A stretch of 64,000 bases of DNA from an uncultured delta proteobacterium (GTDB taxonomy: Bacteria; Desulfobacterota; Binatia; UBA9968). The notes below the pieces were generated by a model. It was not told the origin of the DNA. It made no database searches and saw only the letters and a list, made by a program, of their open reading frames with translations. The stretch covers positions 96,001 to 160,000 of the forward strand of contig CAVTUQ010000028.1 of the NCBI GenBank assembly GCA_963737905.1. Reading direction: 5' to 3'. This document shows positions 9,492 to 18,842 of this stretch, piece by piece (the stretch's first letter is position 1; each line of letters starts with the position of its first letter). The position numbers and the translations under genes were made by a program.

Positions 9492-11048
9492 TCAACGCTT
9501 GCCGTTCCGCTGAAAGTGATGGTCTGATGTGTGCAGGGGGGTAAAGATGTGGGCGAATACGTAATCCGCAACCGTCCGCCCCTGGGAAATCCCTTCGCTC
9601 TTGTCGAACGCCCAGTGTATGCCTAGATAGATTCGACTCTGGCCGTTTTCCTCTTCGGCTTCTGACAAAGAATTAAAGCTGCGCGGTTTGAGCGGTCGCA
9701 CGATTCCGTCGGCGCTTTTTGTCTCACCATTGTACTCGTCCGAAACGAACGTGAATGGAATCTCGTCTTTCCCGAAAAATTCTCGCAACACCTGAAACAG
9801 AGCCCCACCGAAGCCCGCGTGCCCCGAAGGGTAAGCGGGAAAAGGCGGAGTGAAATTGGGGCCATTGAGATTGCTGGCCGGAGCGCCGAGCGGACTGAAG
9901 GTTGGATCTCCAATGGTCGCCGGGTTGCCGTCGCCGTTACCCGTCGGGCCGGTACCCGCGTCGGCTTCTCGAATGCCGGTGACCGGTCGCCAAAAATTGT
10001 GGTAATATTTCGATTCCCAAATCGCGATGCCCGCATCGGCCATCGCCGTGTTTATCAGGGCCAGGAGACGGGCAACCTCAATTGTATTCAAGGCCATTTG
10101 GTCGGCGATCTGCACGGCAACTTGGTTATAGAGCCTCGGCGGAGCGCAAAGACTAGGCGTGCCGTCGTAGGCCCAATAGATACCGATCCCGGTCTGTTCG
10201 TCCGTGCGCACGGTGGGCGTGACGATACCGTCGCCTCCCAGTTGCTTGACTTCCTCGAAAGCCGAGGCATACTCCGGACTCTCCAAAGCCGGCGGGGCCG
10301 GAACCCTGAACTGGCTTGCGGATTTCATACTAAACGGTTTGACCTCTGCCCAACGGGCGCCGAGCGCGAGAGGAATCAAACTGATCGGATCCTGGCGCCA
10401 CTCTCCCGGCTCATCGCCTGTTATGAAATCGACGCCGACACGCGGCTCAGCTTGGTCCGAGCCATCGTTCTCGCGCAGCTCTAATATGGCGGCCGCTGCG
10501 CGGTGTCCGACGTCTATCCCGTTGTTCTTGGCATGTCCGTTTGAAATAGACTTCAGGTCCGATGCAAGCTCCGTATCGAAATTCAGCGCCTGCGACGGAA
10601 AAAGAGCACACAACGTGTCGTGGGCTGCCTGGGCGATAGCCGCATTCAGGGAAGTGTCTTTAGGTGCCGGCGAAATTCCGGTGTAACTTCGATATTTGCC
10701 GTTGATCGCGATAACCGCATCGAAAATTGCGATATGGACTATCGCCATCGCCCGGCTCGCGCGCGTTGGCCCGTATTGTTCCCCGAAGACCCGCGTTTCA
10801 CCGATGGCCAAAGGCGTATGATCGAGACCGCTGGCGTCGATCGCGATCCCGTTCCAGCGACGGACGGAGTCCATGCCCGCATCTTGCCGGCGCGGTATCT
10901 TGCTGTCCCCCGGCAGAGCCTTAAAGCGTGGACCCAACGCATCGTGGTGACCGTGGGGGAAACCTTGAGCCCAGAGCGAGGCGCTTGAGCTGAAGATAAA
11001 AGCAGCCACTAATGCAGTCATTAGCCTACAGCAGGGTGTTCTGGCCAT
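9492..11048 (-). CDS. Secreted vanadium-dependent haloperoxidase (PAP2 superfamily)
   Basis: Vanadate-site motifs KYYHNFWRP, PAYPSGHA and SRIYLGIHW, plus signal peptide. Confidence 0.88.
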   Translation of the reverse strand: MARTPCCRLMTALVAAFIFSSSASLWAQGFPHGHHDALGPRFKALPGDSKIPRRQDAGMDSVRRWNGIAIDASGLDHTPLAIGETRVFGEQYGPTRASRAMAIVHIAIFDAVIAINGKYRSYTGISPAPKDTSLNAAIAQAAHDTLCALFPSQALNFDTELASDLKSISNGHAKNNGIDVGHRAAAAILELRENDGSDQAEPRVGVDFITGDEPGEWRQDPISLIPLALGARWAEVKPFSMKSASQFRVPAPPALESPEYASAFEEVKQLGGDGIVTPTVRTDEQTGIGIYWAYDGTPSLCAPPRLYNQVAVQIADQMALNTIEVARLLALINTAMADAGIAIWESKYYHNFWRPVTGIREADAGTGPTGNGDGNPATIGDPTFSPLGAPASNLNGPNFTPPFPAYPSGHAGFGGALFQVLREFFGKDEIPFTFVSDEYNGETKSADGIVRPLKPRSFNSLSEAEEENGQSRIYLGIHWAFDKSEGISQGRTVADYVFAHIFTPLHTSDHHFQRNGKR

Positions 11049-11155
11049 CTATATTCCTCGCTTCTTACTAGCGATTTTCCTTTTGCTTTTCGCGTCGGCA
11101 CAAAGAACTAAACGTGCGGCTTTTCCTGGCAACGAAAATATTCAATTCGATGAGG

Positions 11156-11170
11156 GCAAACCGGATGCCA
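11156..11170 (-). promoter_or_regulatory. Sigma54 promoter of the haloperoxidase gene
   Basis: TGGCATCCGGTTTGC on the minus strand. Confidence 0.6.
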
Positions 11171-11351
11171 ACCTCCGACAAGTCAAAATTCTCTACGATT
11201 TATTTCCAACGGAACGATCCGATGGAGTTTGTGGACACAGCCTTGTCCTCATCCGTCTATTGACACCGTCTGCGCTCGTTTGTATTGAAGAGCCATAGGC
11301 TTGAATTATAGGAAAGACCGATAAACAATTGTGGCGGCTTGGGGGTGCTCT

Positions 11352-12348
11352 ATGGATCTACAAGGACTGAATCAGTGGTTGGCGGAAAGAAATTTAAAAG
11401 GGCACTGGGACCATCAGCAATGGTCCCAGACGCGTGCAAACGCATTTGTGGAAGGGCAAGGATATTTTTGAAGGCCTTAATCGTGCAGGTGAACTGATCA
11501 CCACCGGAGAGGCGGGCAGGCGCACGATTCAGATGAGAAATCCGGGACTCTCAGCGGGAATGACCAACACGATTCATATCTCGGTGCAATTGGTGAATCC
11601 TGGAGAAATTGCGGCTGCGCATCGCCACACCGCGGCGGCGATCCGTTTCATCCTCAAGGGCAACCCGAAGGCTTACACTGTCGTTCAAGGGGAACGGTTG
11701 CCGATGAGCGAAGGCGATTTACTTACGACACCGAACTGGACCTGGCACGATCACCTCAACGGTGGTGACGAACCGGTTGTCTGGCTTGACGGTCTCGACA
11801 TTCGCCTGGTCGGCACTTTCGGCGCTATGATCCAGGAGAATTTCAAAAAGGACCAGCAACCGATCGAAAAGCCTGACCACTATTCCACGAAGGTCTTCGG
11901 TCAAGCGCGCCCTACCTGGATTAAGAGTGAGTTTGCGGCACCGCCCTATAGATATCCCTGGGCTGAAACCTATGCCAACCTTCTGGCTCTGAAGGAAAGC
12001 GACGGCGATCCCTTTGATGGCATTCTGTTGGAGTATTCAAATCCGCTCACCGGAGGGCCGACGTTACAGACGTTTTCCTGTCAGATTCAGCTTCTTCGTC
12101 CCAAAGAAAAAACCCATTCTCATCGCCATACGAGCACGACGGTATACCACGCGTTCCGCGGCAATGGACTGACGAAGGTATCGGCGAACAATCTAAATTG
12201 GGATCAAGGCGATATTTTTGTCGTGCCGTCTTGGCAATGGCACTCGCACGAGAATAACACCGACGAAGACGCGATTCTTTTCTCGATCACCGATCGCCCG
12301 GCGGCGGAGGCGTTGGGACTTTACCGGGAAGAAGCGGACGGCGCCTAG
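11352..12348 (+). CDS. Gentisate 1,2-dioxygenase-like bicupin (+1 indel near 11430)
   Basis: RRTIQMRNPGL, AHRHT, WTWHDH, WLDGLD, HRHT and WHSHEN motifs. The ATG at 11352 is one base out of frame with the 11434 ORF. Confidence 0.85.
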
Positions 12349-12375
12349 ATCTAAGACAGCGAAAGGCCGCAGACT

Positions 12376-15300
12376 TTACTTGTCCGAGGTTTTCGAAACG
12401 CTTGGGAAACGCGTCTGTATATATTGCTCGGCGCTTTCCGGCGCGAGCCGTACGCTCCCTGGCCCGCTGCGGACGTAGAACTCTCCCTTGTCTCCCTCCG
12501 CCATTTCTTTGGTCTTCATGAACACTGGTTCGGGACTCCGCTGGCAAGTTACTACGCACACCGTTTTGCCCTTGACTATTTGCATCCGAGGATCGACACA
12601 GGTCCCCGCTCGGTCTCCTAGGGCATTGCGCACCACCTGGCTCAGGTGCAGCATAAACTTGTCCTCGTTTTCGAAAGCATCCACTTCGATCCCGAGAACC
12701 GAGCGGTCATCCGAAACCCCAATGAGAACGTCTCCGCCCTCCGTATTGAGAAAAGCGGCAATCGTCTTGATAACTGCATTTGTGACTGCCGGGTCCTTAC
12801 GGTTCTCCTTCAAGTTCCAGCGCAACGTTGACTTGAATTCCAACGTCTTGGACTCGTGCTGCTTGAGCAGTTCAGCAGCCTGCCGGTGACTCCTGAGATA
12901 GATATCGAACAAAAGGTTCTTGATCGATTCGCCGAACACCCGGTCATCGGTGATCCTTTTGTAGAGATCAAAGTTGGAGTCAACGATCTCCTGGATCACG
13001 TCATCCACCTTCTGATCAAAAGTAAGGCGGACATTCTCACAGGTGTTGACCCGGGCGCTGGCGTCCAATGCCACGTCTTGATCTAGCTTGGTCATCATCT
13101 GACCGAGGGTGGCCCTGTGTTCCTCTCCGAGATGAAGGCCGAAACGCTCGTTTAGCTCTGCAACAATCTGCGAAAGCGGTTCTAGCTCCTCCGCTCCAGG
13201 TCCGTAATGTTCCTTGCTCTTTTGTGGTTGGAGCTGGCCAGCCTGCCGCTCTAGCTTGATCGGACCGCTTGAGGTCTGCTGAATACGGTATGACTCCATG
13301 TCGATTTTCTGCTGGACTTCACGCGGCAACTCGTCAGGATCAACCGGCAGTAGCCGGCGCAGATAGCGACTGAATTGGTAAAGCTTTTCCAAATCGGCAT
13401 CGGCAAAGGTCAGGATCTGCGAGAGGAAGGCGTAAAGCCGTACATAGTCTTTAAGCTGGCCGCGAAAATCGATCTTCTCTTCTTCCGGAAGCTCGTCAAA
13501 TCTTTGCCGAGCCGGTTCCAAAACGGCATAAATTTGATCCTGGCTCGCCTTCGGGTCGAAGTAGACTTTCGCGAAGGCCTCGACATCAGCTTCGACGAAG
13601 ACCTCAAACCCCCTCAAGCGGTTCTGGATTTCGTATAAGAGATTTGGGTCGGTTGCCTCCGATAGAATGGTTGTCTCGTAGTACGGCTCAAACGCTTTGC
13701 GGATTTCTTCGGCGTCATTGGCAAAATCCAGCACCATTGTCTCGGTTTTTTCCGGGTGAGTCCGGTCAAGTCGCGATAGAGTCTGGACGGCGTTCACTCC
13801 GCCCAGCTTCTTGTCGACGTACATCGTGTGCAGCAATGGCTGGTCGAATCCGGTCTGGAACTTGTTAGCCACAATGAGGAACCGATATTCGGGCCGTTCG
13901 AAAACCTTTGCCGTCTGCTTCTCGGAGAAGCCGTTCATGTTCGGCTCCGTATAATCCATGCTCCGGTCGCGGACTGTGCCTGAGAAGGCCGCTAGCGTCT
14001 TCCACGGGTAGTTTTTCTCCCGCAGGTAAGCGTCCAATGCCAGCTTATAGCGTACCGCATGAAGCCGAGAGCGTGTCACGATCATCGCCTTAGCCTTGCC
14101 GTTTATCGCGTGCTGCGATTTATCCACGAAGTGTTCAACCATGATTTTCACTTTTTCGCCGATCGCATGCGGGTGAAGCTCGACAAACGACTTGAGGAGG
14201 TAGGCGGCTTTCGCTCGATCATACTTCGGATCGTCGGCGATCGTCTTTTGCAGTCTCCAGTAAGCTTTGTACGTTGTGTAGTTTTCCAGCACGTCAAGGA
14301 TAAATTTTTCCTCGATTGCCTGACGCATGCTGTAGAGACTGAACGGCTCAAACTTTCCATCGGTCCTTTGACTGCCGAACAACTCCAGGGTCCGAGCTTT
14401 CGGTGTGGCCGTGAAGGCGAAGAAACTCACGTTGGGTAGCCGGCCGCGCTTCTGCATTTCGGCGAGAATCCGATCTTCCAATTCTTCTTCGGGAGTCGCG
14501 GCTTCCGTTTCCTCTTTTTCCGCCTCCTCAAGACTGCCGGACGCAAGAACTGCCTTAAGACCCTTCGTGCTTTCCCCGGACTGCGAAGAGTGCGCCTCGT
14601 CAACGATCACGGCAAAACGCTTCCCCGGAAGCTCGCCGATCTGGTTCACGATCACCGGGAATTTCTGGAGGGTAGTGACGATAATAGTCTTGCCGGACTC
14701 AAGCGCCTCTTTGAGCTGGCGCGAGGTCGTGTCGATATTTTCTACTACGCCAAGAATCTGCTCGAATTGCCGCACGGTCCGTTGAAGCTGACGATCCAAA
14801 ACACGCCGGTCCGTGATGACAACGATCGAGTCGAACACCCGCCGGTCATCCGGATCATGCAGGACGGAAAGCTGGTGGGCGAGCCAAGCAATGGTGAAGC
14901 TCTTGCCGCTTCCCGCCGAATGCTGGATCAGGCAACACTGACCTGCCCCGCGACTGCGCGCGTCGCGGACCATCCCACGAACGGCATCGAGCTGATGATA
15001 ACGCGGGAAGATCAGGGACTTGCGTCCCGTCTTCCTGCCTTTCTCATCCTCATCTTCGACTTCGTGGATAAATTGACGGATAAGATCGAGCGCGCTGTCG
15101 CGTGCCCAGACGCGCTCCCACAGATAGCGGGTCGCGTATCCAGTCTGCGTCGGCGGGACCGGCGGGTTGCCTGCTCCGCCGAATCGCCCTTGGTTAAACG
15201 GTAGAAACCAGCTCTTTTCTCCAAGCAGCTGTGTCGTCACAAAGACTAGATCGGGATCGACGGCAAAGTGGGCGAGGCACCTGCCGTAAGAGAATAGGGG

Positions 15301-15900
15301 CTCGCGCGGGTCTCGAGTTTTCTTGTACTGCCGGACCGCATCCTCAACGTTTTGACCGTTGAGCGGGTTTTTCAGCTCGGCCGTGAAGATCGGAATACCG
15401 TTCAAAAACAAAACCAAGTCTAGGCTTTGCTCGGTTTTTTGGCTGTAACGAAGCTGGCGGACAGCGGTGAAAAGATTCGCCGCGTGCAAGCGCTGGAGGT
15501 CCTCGTTTAGCCCACTCGCGGGCCGGAAGTACGCAAGCTTTAACGAGCAGCCCGAGTCTTTGATCCCGTTTCGCAGCACGTCCAAGGTACCGCGCCGCTC
15601 GATCTCACTCGATAGCCGCCTTAAAAATCTTTCTTTGACCTCGCTGCCATGATGCTGCTTCAGCCGCTCCCAGATTTTTGGCTGCGTGGCGAGGATAAAA
15701 TCAATGGCCATTCCCGGATCGAGGCAAAGCTCTTTGTTGTAGTCCTCAGGTTTTCGCCTCCGGTATCCGCCAGGCGCATTCTCATACCTGTCCAAAGGCT
15801 CAACAGCGAGTCCCTCCCCTCCGGGATAAGCGTCCGGCCCGCCAGCGAGCAAAGTCGCTTCGATGCTTTGCTCCAAACTTCTCTCGGAAATATCAACCAT
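12376..15900 (-). CDS. hsdR: Type I restriction endonuclease subunit R with a C-terminal Schlafen/AlbA_2 domain
   Basis: Nuclease motif DLVLFLNGIP..ELKN, Walker A HSAGSGKS, DEAH, FTATPK, QTGFDQP and QTLSRLDR. Last ~170 aa contain ESKTLEFKS, IAAFLNTEGGDVLIGVSDD and FYVRSG. Confidence 0.95.
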   Translation of the reverse strand: MVDISERSLEQSIEATLLAGGPDAYPGGEGLAVEPLDRYENAPGGYRRRKPEDYNKELCLDPGMAIDFILATQPKIWERLKQHHGSEVKERFLRRLSSEIERRGTLDVLRNGIKDSGCSLKLAYFRPASGLNEDLQRLHAANLFTAVRQLRYSQKTEQSLDLVLFLNGIPIFTAELKNPLNGQNVEDAVRQYKKTRDPREPLFSYGRCLAHFAVDPDLVFVTTQLLGEKSWFLPFNQGRFGGAGNPPVPPTQTGYATRYLWERVWARDSALDLIRQFIHEVEDEDEKGRKTGRKSLIFPRYHQLDAVRGMVRDARSRGAGQCCLIQHSAGSGKSFTIAWLAHQLSVLHDPDDRRVFDSIVVITDRRVLDRQLQRTVRQFEQILGVVENIDTTSRQLKEALESGKTIIVTTLQKFPVIVNQIGELPGKRFAVIVDEAHSSQSGESTKGLKAVLASGSLEEAEKEETEAATPEEELEDRILAEMQKRGRLPNVSFFAFTATPKARTLELFGSQRTDGKFEPFSLYSMRQAIEEKFILDVLENYTTYKAYWRLQKTIADDPKYDRAKAAYLLKSFVELHPHAIGEKVKIMVEHFVDKSQHAINGKAKAMIVTRSRLHAVRYKLALDAYLREKNYPWKTLAAFSGTVRDRSMDYTEPNMNGFSEKQTAKVFERPEYRFLIVANKFQTGFDQPLLHTMYVDKKLGGVNAVQTLSRLDRTHPEKTETMVLDFANDAEEIRKAFEPYYETTILSEATDPNLLYEIQNRLRGFEVFVEADVEAFAKVYFDPKASQDQIYAVLEPARQRFDELPEEEKIDFRGQLKDYVRLYAFLSQILTFADADLEKLYQFSRYLRRLLPVDPDELPREVQQKIDMESYRIQQTSSGPIKLERQAGQLQPQKSKEHYGPGAEELEPLSQIVAELNERFGLHLGEEHRATLGQMMTKLDQDVALDASARVNTCENVRLTFDQKVDDVIQEIVDSNFDLYKRITDDRVFGESIKNLLFDIYLRSHRQAAELLKQHESKTLEFKSTLRWNLKENRKDPAVTNAVIKTIAAFLNTEGGDVLIGVSDDRSVLGIEVDAFENEDKFMLHLSQVVRNALGDRAGTCVDPRMQIVKGKTVCVVTCQRSPEPVFMKTKEMAEGDKGEFYVRSGPGSVRLAPESAEQYIQTRFPSVSKTSDK

Positions 15901-15922
15901 CTAATCGTGGCCTTCGTAACTG

Positions 15923-16144
15923 TCACTGTCCGATGTGATAGATCACCGGTCAGTAACGTGGTTTAGGGATTGGCTTGCCTGCCCGGCGCGCTGCTTTAAG
16001 CCACGCAGCTTTGGCGATTTCCACCTCTGCTAGAGTTTTTTCTGGAGTATCACCGAAGGCCGAACAGGCCTCGAGATCCGGAATATCGGCGATGTACCCA
16101 CCGTCCTCGTCGCTGAAAAAAATGTTGATGTGGTAATCCTTCAC
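15923..16144 (-). CDS. hicB: HicB-family antitoxin (orphan, with a premature TGA at 15950)
   Basis: DEDGGYIADIPDLEACSAFGDTPEK...GKPIPKPRY*PVIY. No hicA adjacent. Confidence 0.8.
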
Positions 16145-16188
16145 GCAAGGTATTGCAGAGGAGATGTGTTGCAGATGATCTCAGGCAA
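16141..16188 (-). pseudogene. 15-codon remnant of a DUF3368-type PIN toxin
   Basis: TTG-PEIICNTSPLQYLA* overlaps the UPF0175 stop and matches typical DUF3368 N-termini (IxNTSPLxYL). Confidence 0.6.
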
Positions 16189-16432
16189 GGCGGGTCTCTT
16201 GTCGAAGCTCCTCTTCGCTCAACTTGAAAGTTTCCACTCCATAATCCGCGAGCCTCATCAAAAACACTGTTCTTGGAACTCCCGCAAGCTTCGCCGCCGC
16301 ACCCGAAGACATGCGACCGAGCTCGTATAACTTGACAGCAGCGGCAAAGCGAAGCTCAGCTCCCAGTTGGTCTGGGTTCAGCTTGAGAGCCAAGAGAGTC
16401 TCATCTGGAATCGACAAAATAATTTCGCTCAT
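16181..16432 (-). CDS. UPF0175-family putative antitoxin
   Basis: AVKLYELGRMSSGAAAKLAGV.R..F...LA..GV pattern. Confidence 0.85.
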   Translation of the reverse strand: MSEIILSIPDETLLALKLNPDQLGAELRFAAAVKLYELGRMSSGAAAKLAGVPRTVFLMRLADYGVETFKLSEEELRQETRLA

Positions 16433-16574
16433 AACTGTTCCCCGCTGAGACGTATTCTGCCAGAACCACTAAAGATTGTCATGCGCCTTCGCTTAGCCCG
16501 GCCATCTTCATGCCGGTGTCACGATTTGCGTCCTTTTCTCTCCTCTCCGCAGTCGTTTTGACAATCATCTCAAT

Positions 16575-16964
16575 GTTCTGAGCAGTTGCATTGCCGGAAA
16601 TGTAGAATGTCCCGTTTTTCAGTCCTCCACGGAGTTGGTCACCGGGATGAACCCCACAAAAGCAGTCCTTGATCCTGTTGACCTTTCGTAACCCGATGAT
16701 AGGTTGGCCTTGCCAGGGCATACGGCACGGGGCCAAGTACCAGGTAAGAGGTTGAAACAACCTGGGGCGTCAGGCCTTGTCCCAGAGAGGACCATTTAAT
16801 AATCGGCCGTCAGGCCGAGCGCCTACCTCCATTGTGCGTATCGACCCTGGCATTTTGTTTTTCGAACTCGCTGAAAAGGCCCTCTCCTGCTTCGCCAGCT
16901 CATTCCGCACGCAGTAAGTTTTGAGCACTGGTATTCCGGAAATGTAGAATGTCCCTTTTTTCAG
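16575..16964. repeat. Pair of ~47-bp imperfect direct repeats (16575-16622 and 16918-16964)
   Basis: Shared core CCGGAAATGTAGAATGTCCC.TTTTTCAG. Confidence 0.8.
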
Positions 16965-17081
16965 CCCCGGCATTCCCGTCACCAAACGTCGGCACTTATT
17001 AATATCTGCCGACATTCATACGCTCCGGGGCAGGATTCAATCTCAGGTTCAGGTGGAACGTAGGTGAGCGCCGACATCGCC

Positions 17082-17160
17082 CCGCACGTCGATTTTGCCG
17101 GTCACGGCAGCAGAGATGAGCGCCGTGGGGAATTTTTTCAGCTTTGATCACTTCACGCGT
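17082..17160 (-). pseudogene. Degenerate duplicate of the hsdS 3' end
   Basis: Encodes KLKKFPTALISAAVTGKIDVR versus HsdS KLKEYRTALISAAVTGKIDVR. Confidence 0.85.
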
Positions 17161-17178
17161 CGAGAATCTCGTCCCTTT

Positions 17179-18773
17179 TTATTTCCCGCCATCTGGTCTT
17201 AAACGCTCAAACATTTCTCTATCAAATTGGTAGATCATAGAGTCCTTATAGGTTAGGCGGGTTTTTGCTTGAAGGTCTTGAAGTACCTGATGATAATTTT
17301 TGACCTCCATTGATGTGAGCGTTTCTGCGAATGATATTCCAGTCCCGAGATGAGCTTGAAGACACTGAAGTTCCTTCACGGACAAAATCCGCCACGGTAG
17401 CCCTGTTATGTTGTCGCGTTCAAGAAGGAGACGGTTGATATGATCTCGAAAGAATACAGAATTAATCAAATAAAGCGGCTCAAACGTAACAACGACGGAC
17501 TTAATTTCACTACAATGATGAAATCGTTCAAGGCCTGTTGCCTTCTCAATTACAGCTTGCCTGAACTCGTGCAATTGCCTCAAGGCTGCGAGGACTTGCT
17601 TCAGGCTGTAGTCAACCGACTCCTCAGCTCCTGTACTAAGCGCCGTCAGCGAGAAACGAGTTGCCTTGCACTCTATCAGAATAGCTATGGAACCATCCAG
17701 GACGACCCAATCTGGGACTTTGCCTGACGATTCGGGATACCTTTCGCGAATGGAGTGCTCTGATATCAAAGATTCAGAACTCACTGACGCTTCTAAAACT
17801 CGTCCTGTGTATGCTTCAAAAAGATGTCCAAAATATTCAGAAAACTCTGTACGATACCGATTGAACATTTCGTAAAAGATACCCGTTGAAGCTCGATACG
17901 CTATGAGATCGGGCAGCGGCGCAATCATCCTATCGCGCTGCATTGTTTTTGTTGAGTGATGATGCCATGGCCTGAGGATAGGGAAGGTCAAGATAGGGTT
18001 GAAATCGTATATCCGGAATCGGCGGTCTTCTTGTTTCATTTCATCGTATGTCTGTCGAAATCGACGAGGATCTGCACCTATAGAATTGAGTAAAAATGAG
18101 ATCCCCGCATCGTCTGGGAGGTTAATGCCTTGGGTGCGTGCCTTTTCGAAATAACTTCGGGTAATACCGAGTGTGTTTTTTGAGGATGAGGCAGACCATG
18201 CAACGAAACAACCGACCACAAAGTCATGTAAGGATAAGCTGGTTACATTCTCAAAGGCTTTAGAAAACTCAAACTTTGGAACTCCCTTTTTTCTACCGAC
18301 AACCTTAGGAATCTCGCCAAAAAGGAGGAGCGGCTGTCCCATCGAGGCGAACGTATCAACTTCAAATGGGAATTGACCTGCGACCGCACGGAGCATCATG
18401 AATACGGGATTGGACTGGTCAAATTTTTTTGCCACTTCCTCATCAGTAGTAATGGGATCGGCAGTCAGGAAGTCGCAAACCAAGTTATAGAGTTTAGCCA
18501 AATCGGCGAGGGTGACTTGTTTTTTAGGATACGGATCGGGACTGGAATATCTGATGCTAAAGGCAGAAATGCCAGCGGCGACGAAGGGCTGAAAACCACC
18601 GTTGGCGGGGGGAAAAACGGCATGAATTGGTGAGTGTGGGTCCTTGCTCTCCTTAATAGCTCGGTGGGACTTCGAGAAGACACCTTATCAGAAGGAAAAG
18701 ATCGGAATGTAGACCGTAGTTCTTTTTCCAACCGATCCAATTTAACTTCTTTTTGATCACAGGACGAGTCCAT
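17179..18773 (-). CDS. Low-GC ~530-aa hypothetical protein with a C-terminal PD-(D/E)XK nuclease-like motif (frameshifted near 18665-18685)
   Basis: GKVPDWVVLDGSIAILIECKA. The 17179..18501 frame stays open to ~18665 and joins the ATG at 18773 if two extra bases are removed. Confidence 0.7.
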
Positions 18774-18842
18774 CGTTCTTTATCCGTTATCCAATGGCTT
18801 TTAAGTATATTTCAGGATGTAGCGTTTTCCTTTTTTTTCAAT

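Noticed and set aside
15950-15952. In-frame TGA in hicB as selenocysteine
   Set aside because: The position corresponds to Arg rather than Cys and no clear SECIS follows. A CGA->TGA change is the simpler explanation.
16479-17015. ORFs 16479..16760 and 16770..17015 sharing LKxGTFYISG
   Set aside because: The shared peptide is just the translation of the DNA repeat, and there is no other protein signal.
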